DNA of 64,000 nucleotides from Verrucomicrobiota bacterium (GCA_039818205.1 JBCBUK010000002.1:64001-128000), one strand, 5' to 3'; shown: positions 37,959-49,216, counted from the stretch's first letter. Translations and numbers: made by a program. The notes: generated by a model from the letters alone, not told the origin.

Positions 37959-39119
37959 TCAAGTAGATTTGGGAAAGGTGATGTAGAATTGAGTGCCTTT
38001 GCCGGGTTCGCTTTCGACCCGAATACTGCCTCCATGCTGGCCGATGATACGCTTGACCATGGCGAGCCCGATACCGTTGCCTTCGTATTCCTGACGGGTG
38101 TGGAGGCGCTGGAACATGCCGAAAATCCGGTCACAATATTGAGGGTCGAAACCGATGCCGTTGTCGGAGAAGCCAATCTCGTAGTGGCGATCAGTTTCCC
38201 AGACATTGATCTTGATGACCAGTGGCACATCTTGCCGGCGAAACTTGATGGAATTGGCCAACAGGTTTTGAAAGACCTGACTAATCTGGCTGGTAACTCC
38301 GTTGATCACGGGAAGATCACCGTCGAATTCCACCTGGGCTCCGACCTCCTTGATGATGCGTTGGAGGTTGCAAACGACTTCAGCAAAGACGACTGAGCAA
38401 TCGACCGACTCTTTGTTCGCCGCTCTCGTTTTTACGCGTGAGTATTGCAAGAGACCATCGATAAGGGCTTGCATTCGTTGGGCGCCTTCAACCGTGAAGC
38501 GGATGTATTCCTGGCCCCGGTCATCGAGCTTTTCTTTGTAGCGGCGCTGGATCAGCTGCACGAAGCCGGATATCATCCGGAGCGGCTCCTGCAAGTCGTG
38601 GGAGGCGATGAACGCAAATTGCTCCAGCTCCTGGTTCGAGATCTCTAGTTGCTGAGTTTTTTCCTCGAGCTTGATCGCCAGTTTCTGCTGCTCGGTGATG
38701 TCCTTCGAAATCCCGAAAACACCAATTATTTCCCCGTCCTTGTTTCGCCAGGGCATCTTGGTGGTCGCAACCCAGGTATCGGTACGGTCGGGCCAAACCT
38801 CGTGTTCGACCTTGTTGATGATGGGCTCACCGGTTTCGATGATCCGTTGTTCGTCATCAAAGGCGCACTTGGCATGCCTATCAGAAAAGTAGTCAAAATC
38901 AGATTTACCAACGGCCTCAGAGACATCGTTCAGTCCGAAATGGCCTACCATGCCTTGGTTGATTCGGACGAATCGGGAGTCGCGATCCTTAAAGTAAACG
39001 TGATCGGTGATATGGTTCATCAGCGAATCGAGGACCAGTTGGTCAATTTCCGCCGATGGCAGCCCGTTTAGGGAAGCGGGGAGATGGTCTAACTCAACGC
39101 CCTGGGGTGTTGGATTCAT
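37959..39119 (-). CDS. PAS-domain sensor histidine kinase
   Basis: PAS (VYFKD...GKSDFD...TTKMP...GISKDIT); SHDLQEPLR H-box; FQRLH, GIGLA. Confidence 0.93.
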   Translation of the reverse strand: MNPTPQGVELDHLPASLNGLPSAEIDQLVLDSLMNHITDHVYFKDRDSRFVRINQGMVGHFGLNDVSEAVGKSDFDYFSDRHAKCAFDDEQRIIETGEPIINKVEHEVWPDRTDTWVATTKMPWRNKDGEIIGVFGISKDITEQQKLAIKLEEKTQQLEISNQELEQFAFIASHDLQEPLRMISGFVQLIQRRYKEKLDDRGQEYIRFTVEGAQRMQALIDGLLQYSRVKTRAANKESVDCSVVFAEVVCNLQRIIKEVGAQVEFDGDLPVINGVTSQISQVFQNLLANSIKFRRQDVPLVIKINVWETDRHYEIGFSDNGIGFDPQYCDRIFGMFQRLHTRQEYEGNGIGLAMVKRIIGQHGGSIRVESEPGKGTQFYITFPKST

Positions 39120-39332
39120 GTCGCTTATAAAATATACCTCCTAGCTTTTTTCAACATTTTTACACTACTGGTTATCCCTCATTGCCTGACTACAGGGTGC
39201 GTCGTAGGCGAAAGCGGCCTTTTGGCCTTGTTCAAGAATGGTTTGTGACACTATGGATTCTGCAGGCTTTGCTATCAGAAATGCTTGCTTAGTGAAAAAT
39301 TAATGTTAGAAAAACTAATCATAGGCTCAATT

Positions 39333-42300
39333 ATGAATAAGCCCCTATCATTCTCCATTACAGATGCCAATGAGGCCGCTGCCTCGGTTGCTTACCGACT
39401 CAGCGAAAACATCGCCATCTATCCGATCACACCCTCAACGCCCATGGCGGAGCTATCCGATGAATGGTCGCAGGCCAAGGAACCCAATCTTTGGGGCGAT
39501 GTTCCAACCGTTGTGCAGATGCAAAGTGAAGGCGGCGTTGCCGGTGCGCTTCACGGTGCGCTGACCGCGGGCACCCTCGCGACTAGTTTTACTGCGTCGC
39601 AGGGGCTGCTGTTAATGATCCCGAATCTATATAAAATGGCTGGAGAGCTTACGCCCTTCGTTTTGCATGTTACCGCTCGGAGCCTGGCCACGCATGCCCT
39701 GTCCATTTTTGGAGACCATTCAGATGTGATGTCCTGCCGGCAGACTGGCTTTGCAATGCTTTGCTCGAACAGTGTGCAGGAAGCCCAGGATCTCGCCGCC
39801 ATTTCGCATGCGGCGACTTTGGAGAGTCGGGTGCCATTCATGCACTTTTTTGATGGTTTTCGGACCTCGCATGAGATCAACACCTACGAGCCGCTCAGCA
39901 ATGAGGTGTTGGAAGCGTTGGTCGATACTGAGGCCTTGCATGAGTTTCACCGACGGGGCTTGACGCCCGACGCACCGGCGATTCGCGGAACGGCTCAGAA
40001 TCCAGATGTCTTTTTTCAGGCCCGTGAGGCGGTGAATCCTTACTATGAGGCCTTGCCCGGAAAGGTATTGGCTGTGATGCAGCGCTTTGGGACCTTAACA
40101 GGACGCAGCTACCATCCATTCGAGTATTACGGCGCCGAGGACGCCACCGACGTCATTATTGTCATGGGATCGGCCGCAGAGACCTGCCGTTTGGTCTCGA
40201 ATCGCTTGAACAAAGCCGGAGGGAAAACGGGCGTCTTGGTGGTCCGCCTTTATCGGCCCTGGTCCATGGGATTTTTCTTGAGCAAACTACCGCGGTCGGT
40301 TGAACGCATTTGCGTGCTCGACCGGACGAAAGAGCCGGGTGCGCTGGGCGAGCCACTCTATTTAGATGTCTGCAGTACCCTGCATGAGTCCCGGGCCCTC
40401 GGACAACTGACGAGCGATCCAGTCGTCGTCGGTGGTCGCTATGGCCTGGGCAGCAAGGAGTTCAGCCCGGCCATGGTAAACTCAATCTTCGAAAATCTCG
40501 CCCAGCCGGAGCCCAAGAATCATTTTACGGTTGGCATCGTGGACGATGTTACTCGGCATTCGTTGCCGATCGACGAATCGTATCGAATCGATCTGGATAA
40601 CTTCTCCGCAGTGTTTATTGGATTGGGCAGCGATGGCACCGTTGGGGCCAACAAGAACACGATCAAGATCATTGGGAACGAAACGGACAACTTCGCCCAA
40701 GCGTATTTTGTTTACGACAGCAAGAAGAGTGGTGCGATGACGGTGAGTCACTTGCGCTTCGGCCCCAATGAGATTCGGGCGCCATTCCTTATCCAGAGTG
40801 CCAATTTTGTCGGCGTCCACCAATGGCAGTTCGTCAACAAGGTGAACGTGCTAAAGTATGCTCACGTGGGGGCCACGATATTGATCAATTCGCCGTTCGC
40901 CCCGGAAAAGGTTTGGGCCAAGCTGCCGCGCGAAGTGCAGGAATCAATCATCGAGAAGGGGCTGCAGCTCTACGTAATCGATGCCTACTCGGTAGCACGC
41001 AAGGCTGGCATGGGTGGGCGGACCAATACGATTATGCAAACGTGCTTCTTTGCCATCTCCGGCATTTTGCCGCGCGAAGAGGCCATTGCGAAAATCAAAA
41101 CTTCGATCGAGAAAACCTATGCTCGGAAGGGACCTGCCATTGTTGAGAAGAATTTTGCTGCCGTCGATTTGGCGTTGGACTCACTTTATTTGGTGGATCT
41201 GCCCGCATCGGCGACCACGGAGTTGACTCTGCCCCCTCCGGTTGCTCCCGAGGCTCCGGAGTTTGTGCAGCGGGTTACCGGCGTGATGCTTGCTGGCGAG
41301 GGGGATCGTCTGCCAGTTTCGGCCTTCCCGGTTGACGGGACCTGGCCATGTGCGACGAGCCAATGGGAGAAGCGCAACATCGCGAAGGAGATTCCGGTTT
41401 GGGATCCCGATGTCTGTATTCAGTGTGGTAAATGTGCCTTGGTTTGCCCGCATGCGACTATCCGTTGCAAGCACTACCCAGAAAGCGCTCTGGATGAGGC
41501 TCCCGATGACTTCCTTTCAGCGGTGTTCAAAGATCGGAAGATCGAGGGGCATCGTTATTCGATTCAAGTGGCTCCCGAGGATTGCACGGGGTGCGGCCTT
41601 TGTGTCACGGCTTGCCCAGCGAAGAACAAGGCGAACCCGCGCCGTAAAGCCATCAATCTCGAAGCACACAAAGAGACGATTGATCGGGAGCGCCAGCGTT
41701 GGGACTTCTTCCAAGAGTTACCCCGACCAGAACGAACGGCTCTGGGTCTTAGCACTCGCGATACCCAGCTGCGGGAACCGTTGTTCGAATTCTCGGGTGC
41801 TTGCGCTGGTTGTGGCGAAACGCCCTATCTTAAGTTACTCACCCAGCTGTTTGGTGATCGCTTGATGATCGCCAACGCAACGGGCTGCTCGTCGATCTAT
41901 GGGGGCAACCTTCCGACAACGCCCTATTGCACGGATGAGAATGGACGGGGACCAGCCTGGAGCAATTCCTTGTTTGAGGACAACGCGGAGTTTGCCCTTG
42001 GGATGCGGCTCGCCGTCGACAAGAAAACCGAGATAGCCCGCTCACTCTTGGAAGCTTTGGCGCCCCAATTGGGTGATACCTTGGTCCGCGAGATTTTGAT
42101 GAGCCATCAGCGGGATGAGCTCGCGATCTTAGCGCAACGTGATCGCGTTTCCGAGTTGCAGCGGAAGTTGAATCATATGGACAATCCGTCGGCAAAGCGC
42201 CTGCTCACATTTTCGGATTTCTTAGTCGAGAAAAGCGTTTGGGGTGTCGGCGGCGATGGTTGGGCTTATGATATCGGCTTTGGCGGTTTGGATCATGTGC

Positions 42301-42905
42301 TCGCAAGTGGCCGCAACGTGAACATTTTGGTTCTGGATACGGAAGTCTATTCCAACACCGGGGGTCAGGCTTCCAAGTCGACGCCGATGGGCGCCGTCGC
42401 CAAGTTTGCCGCTGGTGGTAAGGAGACACCCAAGAAGGACCTCGGGCTGATTGCGATGGGCTATCGCAATGTCTATGTCGCTAAGGTCGCGATGGGGGCC
42501 AGTGAGCGGCAAATGATCGAAGCCTTTGATGAGGCCGAAAGCTACTCAGGTCCCTCGCTCATCATTGCCTACAGCCATTGTATTGCGCACGGCTACAATA
42601 TGAACTTCGGGTTGAGCCAGCAGAAGCTCGCCGTTGATAGTGGGCACTGGCCACTTTATCGTCATGACCCGAGACGGCTCGACAACGGAGACCCCGCTTT
42701 GCGGCTCGATAGTCGCTCGGCCAAGAAATCGCTCCGCGAGTTTGTTGAAAACGAAGTCCGCTTCCGGGCATTAGTTCAGGCGGATCCAGAGCGCTCAAAG
42801 AAGCTCGTCAACCTGGCGCAGGACCAGGCGAGTGACCAGCGCCGGGTCTATGAACGCATTGCCCGAAACGATCGGCCACAGCCCGATAATGGATCACCCA
42901 TCTAA
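39333..42905 (+). CDS. nifJ: Pyruvate:ferredoxin (flavodoxin) oxidoreductase
   Basis: IYPITPS, MQSEGG, FFDGFRTSHE, GLGSDGTVGANK, two CxxCxxCxxxCP, GACAGCGETPY, GGDGWAYDIG. Confidence 0.97.
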   Translation: MNKPLSFSITDANEAAASVAYRLSENIAIYPITPSTPMAELSDEWSQAKEPNLWGDVPTVVQMQSEGGVAGALHGALTAGTLATSFTASQGLLLMIPNLYKMAGELTPFVLHVTARSLATHALSIFGDHSDVMSCRQTGFAMLCSNSVQEAQDLAAISHAATLESRVPFMHFFDGFRTSHEINTYEPLSNEVLEALVDTEALHEFHRRGLTPDAPAIRGTAQNPDVFFQAREAVNPYYEALPGKVLAVMQRFGTLTGRSYHPFEYYGAEDATDVIIVMGSAAETCRLVSNRLNKAGGKTGVLVVRLYRPWSMGFFLSKLPRSVERICVLDRTKEPGALGEPLYLDVCSTLHESRALGQLTSDPVVVGGRYGLGSKEFSPAMVNSIFENLAQPEPKNHFTVGIVDDVTRHSLPIDESYRIDLDNFSAVFIGLGSDGTVGANKNTIKIIGNETDNFAQAYFVYDSKKSGAMTVSHLRFGPNEIRAPFLIQSANFVGVHQWQFVNKVNVLKYAHVGATILINSPFAPEKVWAKLPREVQESIIEKGLQLYVIDAYSVARKAGMGGRTNTIMQTCFFAISGILPREEAIAKIKTSIEKTYARKGPAIVEKNFAAVDLALDSLYLVDLPASATTELTLPPPVAPEAPEFVQRVTGVMLAGEGDRLPVSAFPVDGTWPCATSQWEKRNIAKEIPVWDPDVCIQCGKCALVCPHATIRCKHYPESALDEAPDDFLSAVFKDRKIEGHRYSIQVAPEDCTGCGLCVTACPAKNKANPRRKAINLEAHKETIDRERQRWDFFQELPRPERTALGLSTRDTQLREPLFEFSGACAGCGETPYLKLLTQLFGDRLMIANATGCSSIYGGNLPTTPYCTDENGRGPAWSNSLFEDNAEFALGMRLAVDKKTEIARSLLEALAPQLGDTLVREILMSHQRDELAILAQRDRVSELQRKLNHMDNPSAKRLLTFSDFLVEKSVWGVGGDGWAYDIGFGGLDHVLASGRNVNILVLDTEVYSNTGGQASKSTPMGAVAKFAAGGKETPKKDLGLIAMGYRNVYVAKVAMGASERQMIEAFDEAESYSGPSLIIAYSHCIAHGYNMNFGLSQQKLAVDSGHWPLYRHDPRRLDNGDPALRLDSRSAKKSLREFVENEVRFRALVQADPERSKKLVNLAQDQASDQRRVYERIARNDRPQPDNGSPI

Positions 42906-42919
42906 AGAAAGCTCATGTC

Positions 42920-43927
42920 ATGAATTTGGAAACGACCTACCTTGGGATTGAACTACCCCATCCATTCGTATTGGGTGCCTCACCCTTGGCCGCAAACTTG
43001 GACCGCGTCCGGCGGGCCGAGGATGCCGGTGCAGCCGCCATCACACTGCACTCACTGTTTGAGGAACAAGTCTTGCGCTATGAAGCCGGCCTCGACGCGC
43101 ATGTCTACGCGCATCAGGAGAGCTTTGCGGAGGCCGGTGGCTATTTTCCCAGGTCGGCGGAGTTTCATCTGGGTCCAGACGAGTATCTCGACCACATCCG
43201 GGCGTCCCGAAGTGCAGTCGATGTACCAATAATCGCGTCGCTCAACGGAACGCACCTTGGGGGTTGGGCCTACTTTGCCCGACTTATCGAGGAAGCCGGT
43301 GCGAGTGCCTTGGAGCTCAATCTATACTACCAACCGCGTTCAGTGGAGGAGAGCTCCTCTCAAGTGGAAGCACGGCTGATAGAAATTGTTCGATCCGTTT
43401 GCGATACGATCAGTATTCCGGTTGCGGTGAAGGTGTCGCCATTCTTCACGTCGTTGGCCCACTTTGCTCGGCGAATAGGCAACGCGGGAGCGCGAGGATT
43501 AGTTTTGTTTAATCGCTTCTATCAACCCGACATCGACCTTGAAGAGCTCGATACGAAACCAAGAATACAGCTGTCAGATTCCTCGGAGCTGCTCCTGCGG
43601 TTGCGCTGGCTCGCCGTGTTATACAAGCGCACGAGCTTAGACCTGGCGTGCACTGGCGGTGTTCATACTCGGGATGATGCATTGAAAGCGATCATGTCTG
43701 GGGCCGACGTCGTTCAGATGGTTTCGAGTTTACTGGCCAATGGTGTGGAGCGTATAGATTCGATTCGACGTCAGGTTGAGCACTGGATGGAGGAGATGGA
43801 GTATGATTCGCTGGCTCAAATGAAGGGTAGTATGAGTTATCAACATGCACCAAATCCAGAGACAATTGAACGGGGAAACTACTTACGTATTCTGCAATCT
43901 TGGGAACCCGATAAGATACATTGCTAA
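42920..43927 (+). CDS. Dihydroorotate dehydrogenase-like FMN protein
   Basis: L-TTYLG, SLFEEQ, PIIASLN, ELNLY, VKVSPFF, LFNRFYQPDID; immediately follows nifJ. Confidence 0.9.
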   Translation: MNLETTYLGIELPHPFVLGASPLAANLDRVRRAEDAGAAAITLHSLFEEQVLRYEAGLDAHVYAHQESFAEAGGYFPRSAEFHLGPDEYLDHIRASRSAVDVPIIASLNGTHLGGWAYFARLIEEAGASALELNLYYQPRSVEESSSQVEARLIEIVRSVCDTISIPVAVKVSPFFTSLAHFARRIGNAGARGLVLFNRFYQPDIDLEELDTKPRIQLSDSSELLLRLRWLAVLYKRTSLDLACTGGVHTRDDALKAIMSGADVVQMVSSLLANGVERIDSIRRQVEHWMEEMEYDSLAQMKGSMSYQHAPNPETIERGNYLRILQSWEPDKIHC

Positions 43928-44034
43928 CCGGGCAAATAAAAAGCGTATTGGAAATCATTGTCGGGCAGCTTGTTAACGGCTTCAATAAAGTTTCAACTTT
44001 CAACATGCTCACGGACTGATACTATGGAGCGTCT

Positions 44035-46782
44035 ATGTCCGTGGAGACCCGTATTCGGCGCCTTCAGGTGACCTCGCCATTCTACGCCCAGCAACTGACC
44101 TTAAATCCGGACTGGATTGACTGGCTTGATAAACCGAAGAACCGAGACTTTGATTTTCGCTATTGCGCCTTGGAAGAACTTTGGGCGCGGGAATGTCAGG
44201 GGGCGGATTTTAGCTTGGCAGCACTGCGGCGGTTCCGGCGTCGCATGTCTTTACGCATAGCTTATCGCGAACTTAATGGTCTGGCTAGGATCGATTCCAG
44301 TTGGCAAGAACTTACCCTGCTGGCGGAATTTGTTTTGCACCGTTTGTGCGAATGGCGCTTTGCCGAAATGACGGAGCGCTCAGGGTTGCCGTTGAACAAT
44401 GATCTTAAGAAGCCCGCAAGGTACTGCATTTTTGCGCTGGGAAAACTGGGGGCAGGGGAGCTTAATTTTTGTTCAGATTTGGATCTGATCTACTGTTACG
44501 ATGGCGATGGCCAATGCCTTAAGAATGGGCAACGAACGGCACTAACGACCCGTGAGTTTTTTGATCGATTTTTTCGACAAGTCTCAGCTGATCTAACCGC
44601 ACCCAACAGTGATGGCGTTCTCTATCATTTGGACTTACGCTTGCGCCCCGAAGGTGATGCCGGTCCGCTGATTCGCACGGCCCAAAGCTTGACCAGTTAT
44701 TATTGGGAGGCAGGGCAGACTTGGGAACGCCTTGCGTGGCTGCGGGGTCGACCAGTTGCTGGGAGTGAGGAACTCGGTCAAAGCATTTTGGAGGAACTAA
44801 ATGCGTTTCGTTATCCGCGGTTTCCACCAGCCAATCTTACACGCGAGGTTGCTGGTGTCAAAATGCGGACCGAGAACGAGATTGATCTAGATGAGCTCGA
44901 TCGAGATATCAAGACGGGCACAGGTGGGATTCGTGAGATCGAGTTTATTGCCCATTCGCTACAGCTAATCCACGGCGGAAAGAATCCATTCCTGCAAACG
45001 CACTCGACGGTTGAAGCGCTCCGTAAGCTTTCGCGTTACGGCGTCTTATCCATGCGAGATGCTCAATTCTTAGACCAAGCCTATCGCTGGCTGAGGCAGC
45101 TAGAAAATTGCCTCCAAATGCGCGGCGAAACGCCTCGGCATTGCTTGCCGAAAAACCGAGACGACCTGGTTGGTTTGGCGGAGTCCATGAATTTGGAGTC
45201 GCCCGAGGTCTTGGTGCAGGAGTTAACGATTTGGCGACAAGGGATCCACGACCTGTATTCGGAACGTTTCCCCGATGATCCACACGAACATGAAATCCAG
45301 GACTGGACCGCTTTTCTGGCGGGTGAAGATCCGAGGCCTACGGTTCGGCAATGCATCGATCGTTGGTTTCCAGATACTGAGGAGGTCGACCGCCGTGTGC
45401 GCACCTTCGTCCTTGGCGATTCTCGTTCGATTGTCACTCGGGCCCGAGTAGCGCGCTTTCTCGATCTGTCGACGAATTTCGATCGCACGCTCCCCCGTCT
45501 GGCGGATCCGATGAGGGCGCTCGAGCGGGTAGGCCGGTTCGCTGAGTGCTACGGCGCCCGCCAGCAGTTCTTCATTGCGGCGGCCAATCCTTCCCTTTTC
45601 CGCTCCCTGAGCCTGCTTTTCGACCGTAGCTCTTTCGTGTTTGATCTGCTTTGTCGCCATCCAGGGATTATGGAAGAGTTACTCCATGAAGCACCCCGGC
45701 GGCTCAAGAGTAGCCAGGATTGTCAGCGAGAGATTCAACTGCTCAAGGACCCAACCGATGAAGACGCATTTGTGCGTCGCCTTTGGCTTTACGTAAAGGC
45801 CGAGCAAGTGCGCATGGCGATCGCTGAGCTGCTTCACGGCATTTCGATCGAAGCGGTGAGCTGGGCCCTGAGTCAGCTGGCGGAGGCGGTGATCCGGGAA
45901 ACGCTCGCGATGACTGGAGTTGGTCGTCAGGTCGGAGTCATCGCTTTGGGCAAATTTGGCGGCGAAGAGTTGTCCCTGGGGTCGGATCTCGATCTCTTGC
46001 TCCTTTCCAAAGAAGCACCTTCGGAGGCGTTGAAAGCCCAGGTGAAGCATTGGTGCGCGATTATTGGGCACAATCCGGGGCTAGGGCCGACCTTCGAGCT
46101 TGATCTGCGACTCCGTCCCTATGGGGACGTTGGACCCCAAATCGTCACCCTTGATTCCCTAAAACGATATCATCAGGGGGGGCACGCGCGTCTTTGGGAA
46201 CGCCAAATGCTGGTTAGGGCACGTCCAATTGCTGGATGCAATGCGGTTCGTCGGGAATTTTTTTCCTGGCACACATCTCTGCTTTATACCCAGCCGCCTA
46301 GTGCCGATGAAATTGAACAGATCTGGATGTTGAGATTTAAGATAGAATCCGAGAAGTCCGTAGAACGAGCTCCCGCCGAGTATGCCTTTAAAACCGGGCC
46401 GGGTGGGCTGCTTGATTTGGAGTTTTTGGCCCAGCTCGTCTCGCTAAAATACGGATTTCGTGAGCCCGATTTGCGGCAACCATGCGTGCATACCTGCCTG
46501 TTGGCGGCGAAAGCCAAACGCTACCTAGATGACTCGTTGGTTGATTGCCTTCTGAGAAATTGGAACTTGTTGCGCAACATAGAGTTCCAGTTGAGGCGTA
46601 AGACCTTTAGGCCGGTGGTAGCTCTGCCTAAGGATGAGGCCATGCGGCGAAGCCTGGCACGTTGGATTGGAATTTCCGATCCAGGAGAGTTCTGGCAGCA
46701 ATACAATGAGATGCTTTCCCAGAATCGAAGCGCCTTTGTGGCATTGTTCGAACAGTTTCGTGAAGGAGTCCCTAATCGGTGA
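44035..46782 (+). CDS. glnE: Glutamine synthetase adenylyltransferase/deadenylase
   Basis: Two nucleotidyltransferase modules: GKLGAGELNF-SDLDL...DLRLRPEG and GKFGGEELS-GSDLDL...DLRLRPYG. Confidence 0.92.
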   Translation: MSVETRIRRLQVTSPFYAQQLTLNPDWIDWLDKPKNRDFDFRYCALEELWARECQGADFSLAALRRFRRRMSLRIAYRELNGLARIDSSWQELTLLAEFVLHRLCEWRFAEMTERSGLPLNNDLKKPARYCIFALGKLGAGELNFCSDLDLIYCYDGDGQCLKNGQRTALTTREFFDRFFRQVSADLTAPNSDGVLYHLDLRLRPEGDAGPLIRTAQSLTSYYWEAGQTWERLAWLRGRPVAGSEELGQSILEELNAFRYPRFPPANLTREVAGVKMRTENEIDLDELDRDIKTGTGGIREIEFIAHSLQLIHGGKNPFLQTHSTVEALRKLSRYGVLSMRDAQFLDQAYRWLRQLENCLQMRGETPRHCLPKNRDDLVGLAESMNLESPEVLVQELTIWRQGIHDLYSERFPDDPHEHEIQDWTAFLAGEDPRPTVRQCIDRWFPDTEEVDRRVRTFVLGDSRSIVTRARVARFLDLSTNFDRTLPRLADPMRALERVGRFAECYGARQQFFIAAANPSLFRSLSLLFDRSSFVFDLLCRHPGIMEELLHEAPRRLKSSQDCQREIQLLKDPTDEDAFVRRLWLYVKAEQVRMAIAELLHGISIEAVSWALSQLAEAVIRETLAMTGVGRQVGVIALGKFGGEELSLGSDLDLLLLSKEAPSEALKAQVKHWCAIIGHNPGLGPTFELDLRLRPYGDVGPQIVTLDSLKRYHQGGHARLWERQMLVRARPIAGCNAVRREFFSWHTSLLYTQPPSADEIEQIWMLRFKIESEKSVERAPAEYAFKTGPGGLLDLEFLAQLVSLKYGFREPDLRQPCVHTCLLAAKAKRYLDDSLVDCLLRNWNLLRNIEFQLRRKTFRPVVALPKDEAMRRSLARWIGISDPGEFWQQYNEMLSQNRSAFVALFEQFREGVPNR

Positions 46783-46873
46783 ATAAATTTAAGTTCAGGT
46801 TCGACAGTCCAGAAGATAACCTTATTGTGAAACATTCGCGTCCTTGAGAGGTCGTTTTAAGAAAGAATTTCAA

Positions 46874-49216
46874 ATGACAGTGCAAAAGCAAAAACTTTTA
46901 AAGATACCCCCCGTTTTGCTGCTCCTGAGTCTCTTTGGGGGTTTGGGCAGCATTCAAGCCATTCCCGTCGACGTTGATTCCTTCCAGACAACCTCGACGA
47001 TGCGTGATGAGACCAAAGAAGTGGTCGATCGCCTTGAAAGTAGTCATTACCTTGGCCAACATATCGAAGATCTTGATGCGAACGAGTTCATCAAGGACTA
47101 CATGGCCGACTGGGATCCGCAACGGATGTACTTCCTCGAAACGGATGTGAAAGACTTTGAACGGCGTTTTTCGCCAAGCCTCAGCAAAATGCTCAATCGA
47201 GGGCACGTGATGCCGGCGTTTGAAGTTTTCCTCAAGTTTCGGAAGAACGTTGAGTCCCGAATGACCTGGGTGCAAAACCGCCTGGCGGAGCCCTTTAATT
47301 TCGCGGGTGAAATGACTTACGCGCCCGACCGCTCGGAGTCAGAATGGCCCGTTAGTTTGAGCGAAGCCAACGGTCTGTGGGAGCGTCGACTCCAGTTCGA
47401 AATGCTCAACGAGATGTTGACTGTTCTTGAACCGGGCACGGACTTGGACGATCTCAGCGAAATGAGCCCCGAAGTTGCAAAGGTAAGATCGGAGGCTGGA
47501 GAAATCGATGACGCCGAGTCCGAAAAATCCGGTCCGAAAACCTTTGACGAGGCCTTGGCTGAAGCGCGCGAAAAGGTCGCCGAACGCTATGACAATATTT
47601 TGAAGTCCGTTCAAGAGATCGAGCCCATCGACGTGCAGGAGGTATATTTGACCGCGTTGACTCACCAATACGATCCGCACTCAACCTTTATGTCGGCGGA
47701 TACTCTGGAAGAGTTTTCGATCGCAATGCGTAACTCGCTTGTTGGAATCGGTGCCGTCCTCTCCGATCAGGATGGATATTGCACCGTGCGGGAGTTGCTC
47801 CCTGGTGGTCCGGCTGAGCGCAGTGGAAAGCTAAAGCCGGAGGATCAGATCGTTGGCGTTGGCCAGGGTGATGACGGAGAAATCGTCGATGTCATCGGAA
47901 TGAAACTCGGCAAGATCGTGAAAATGATTCGTGGGAAGAAGGGCACGATTGTGCGCCTGAAAATTCGCCCAGCTGACGGCGATCCATCGGCCCGCAACAT
48001 GATTGTGCTGACGCGTGATGAGATCAAATTAACCGCCAAATTGGCCAAAGCCGAAGTCTTTCAGGTTCCCGTTGGTGACCGCACCGTTCCAATCGGGGTG
48101 ATTGACCTTCCCGCATTTTATGGTTCGGGCGAGCCTGGCTCAGGATACAATAGCACAACCGAGGATGTTGAGGAATTGATCACCAAGCTCAAAGCCATCG
48201 GAGTCGAAGGGATCGTGCTCGACCTTCGTGCGAATGGCGGCGGATTGCTCTCGGAGGCGATCCGGTTGACCGGTTTGTTCATTCCAATCGGCCCGGTGGT
48301 TCAAGTTCGCGATTACGTCGGCCAGGTTCAGGAATTTTTAGATGATGATCCTAAGCTTGCTTGGGATGGCCCTCTCATGGTTTTGGTTTCGCGCTTCAGC
48401 GCCTCGGCTTCGGAGATTACAGCCGGTGCCTTGAAGAACCACCAGCGGGCGTTGATCGTGGGTGACGAAGAGACCCATGGAAAGGGCACGGTTCAGGCGG
48501 TCTTCGATATGAACCGCGGCGGTTCTTGGTTTAGTTCACTGCGTCCTCGCAAAGGTGCTGCCAAAGTGACCGTTCAAAAGTATTATTTGCCCGATGGTTC
48601 GTCTACGCAGATCGAAGGCGTGAAGTCCGACATCGTGTTGCCATCGATCAATGATTATCTTGCCGTGGGTGAAGGTGAATTTGAAAACGCGCTCGCTTGG
48701 GACTCGATCGACTCGCTTGATTGGGATTATGACGACTCGCGGATTGACGACGGATTAGTCAGCCAGACCATAGTCGAATCGCTCAATGATCGTAGTGTTG
48801 ATCGGCAGGGCAAGATGGAAGAATTTGCTTACCTCAAGGAAAATATCGATTGGTTTAAGGCCCGTCAGGAGCAGAAAGAGTTCTCTCTCAACCTGGATGA
48901 TCGCCGGGAGCGGCGGGTGTCGGACAATTCCTTCCGAGACAACATGGAAGAGCGCTACGACACCTTAGCTGAGAACAACTACGATTCCGACGACGTCTTG
49001 CTGAGCGTTACCGAAGAGCAGAACGCTGAGCACGATGCTCTAATGGCAGCACATGGCTCCGAAGAAGCGGACGAAGAGGCCAATAAAGATCCTCAATTCG
49101 ACATCCAATTGCGCGAAAGCCTGCGAATAATGGCTGACTGGATTGCTCTGGAAAATGGTGAGTTGAGCGAGTCTCAAGCGTTGGCCGTGACTCCTACGGG
49201 CAAGCCTCGCAGCTAG
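46874..49216 (+). CDS. prc: Carboxy-terminal processing protease (Prc/Tsp, S41A)
   Basis: DPHSTF, GIGAVL PDZ, DLRANGGG, SASASEI, GKGTVQ. Confidence 0.92.
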   Translation: MTVQKQKLLKIPPVLLLLSLFGGLGSIQAIPVDVDSFQTTSTMRDETKEVVDRLESSHYLGQHIEDLDANEFIKDYMADWDPQRMYFLETDVKDFERRFSPSLSKMLNRGHVMPAFEVFLKFRKNVESRMTWVQNRLAEPFNFAGEMTYAPDRSESEWPVSLSEANGLWERRLQFEMLNEMLTVLEPGTDLDDLSEMSPEVAKVRSEAGEIDDAESEKSGPKTFDEALAEAREKVAERYDNILKSVQEIEPIDVQEVYLTALTHQYDPHSTFMSADTLEEFSIAMRNSLVGIGAVLSDQDGYCTVRELLPGGPAERSGKLKPEDQIVGVGQGDDGEIVDVIGMKLGKIVKMIRGKKGTIVRLKIRPADGDPSARNMIVLTRDEIKLTAKLAKAEVFQVPVGDRTVPIGVIDLPAFYGSGEPGSGYNSTTEDVEELITKLKAIGVEGIVLDLRANGGGLLSEAIRLTGLFIPIGPVVQVRDYVGQVQEFLDDDPKLAWDGPLMVLVSRFSASASEITAGALKNHQRALIVGDEETHGKGTVQAVFDMNRGGSWFSSLRPRKGAAKVTVQKYYLPDGSSTQIEGVKSDIVLPSINDYLAVGEGEFENALAWDSIDSLDWDYDDSRIDDGLVSQTIVESLNDRSVDRQGKMEEFAYLKENIDWFKARQEQKEFSLNLDDRRERRVSDNSFRDNMEERYDTLAENNYDSDDVLLSVTEEQNAEHDALMAAHGSEEADEEANKDPQFDIQLRESLRIMADWIALENGELSESQALAVTPTGKPRS

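Noticed and set aside
35849..39119. Phytochrome light-sensing cassette
   Set aside because: The kinase core and response regulator are Cph1/Rcp1-like, but the sensor is a single PAS with no GAF-PHY; this is a common cassette
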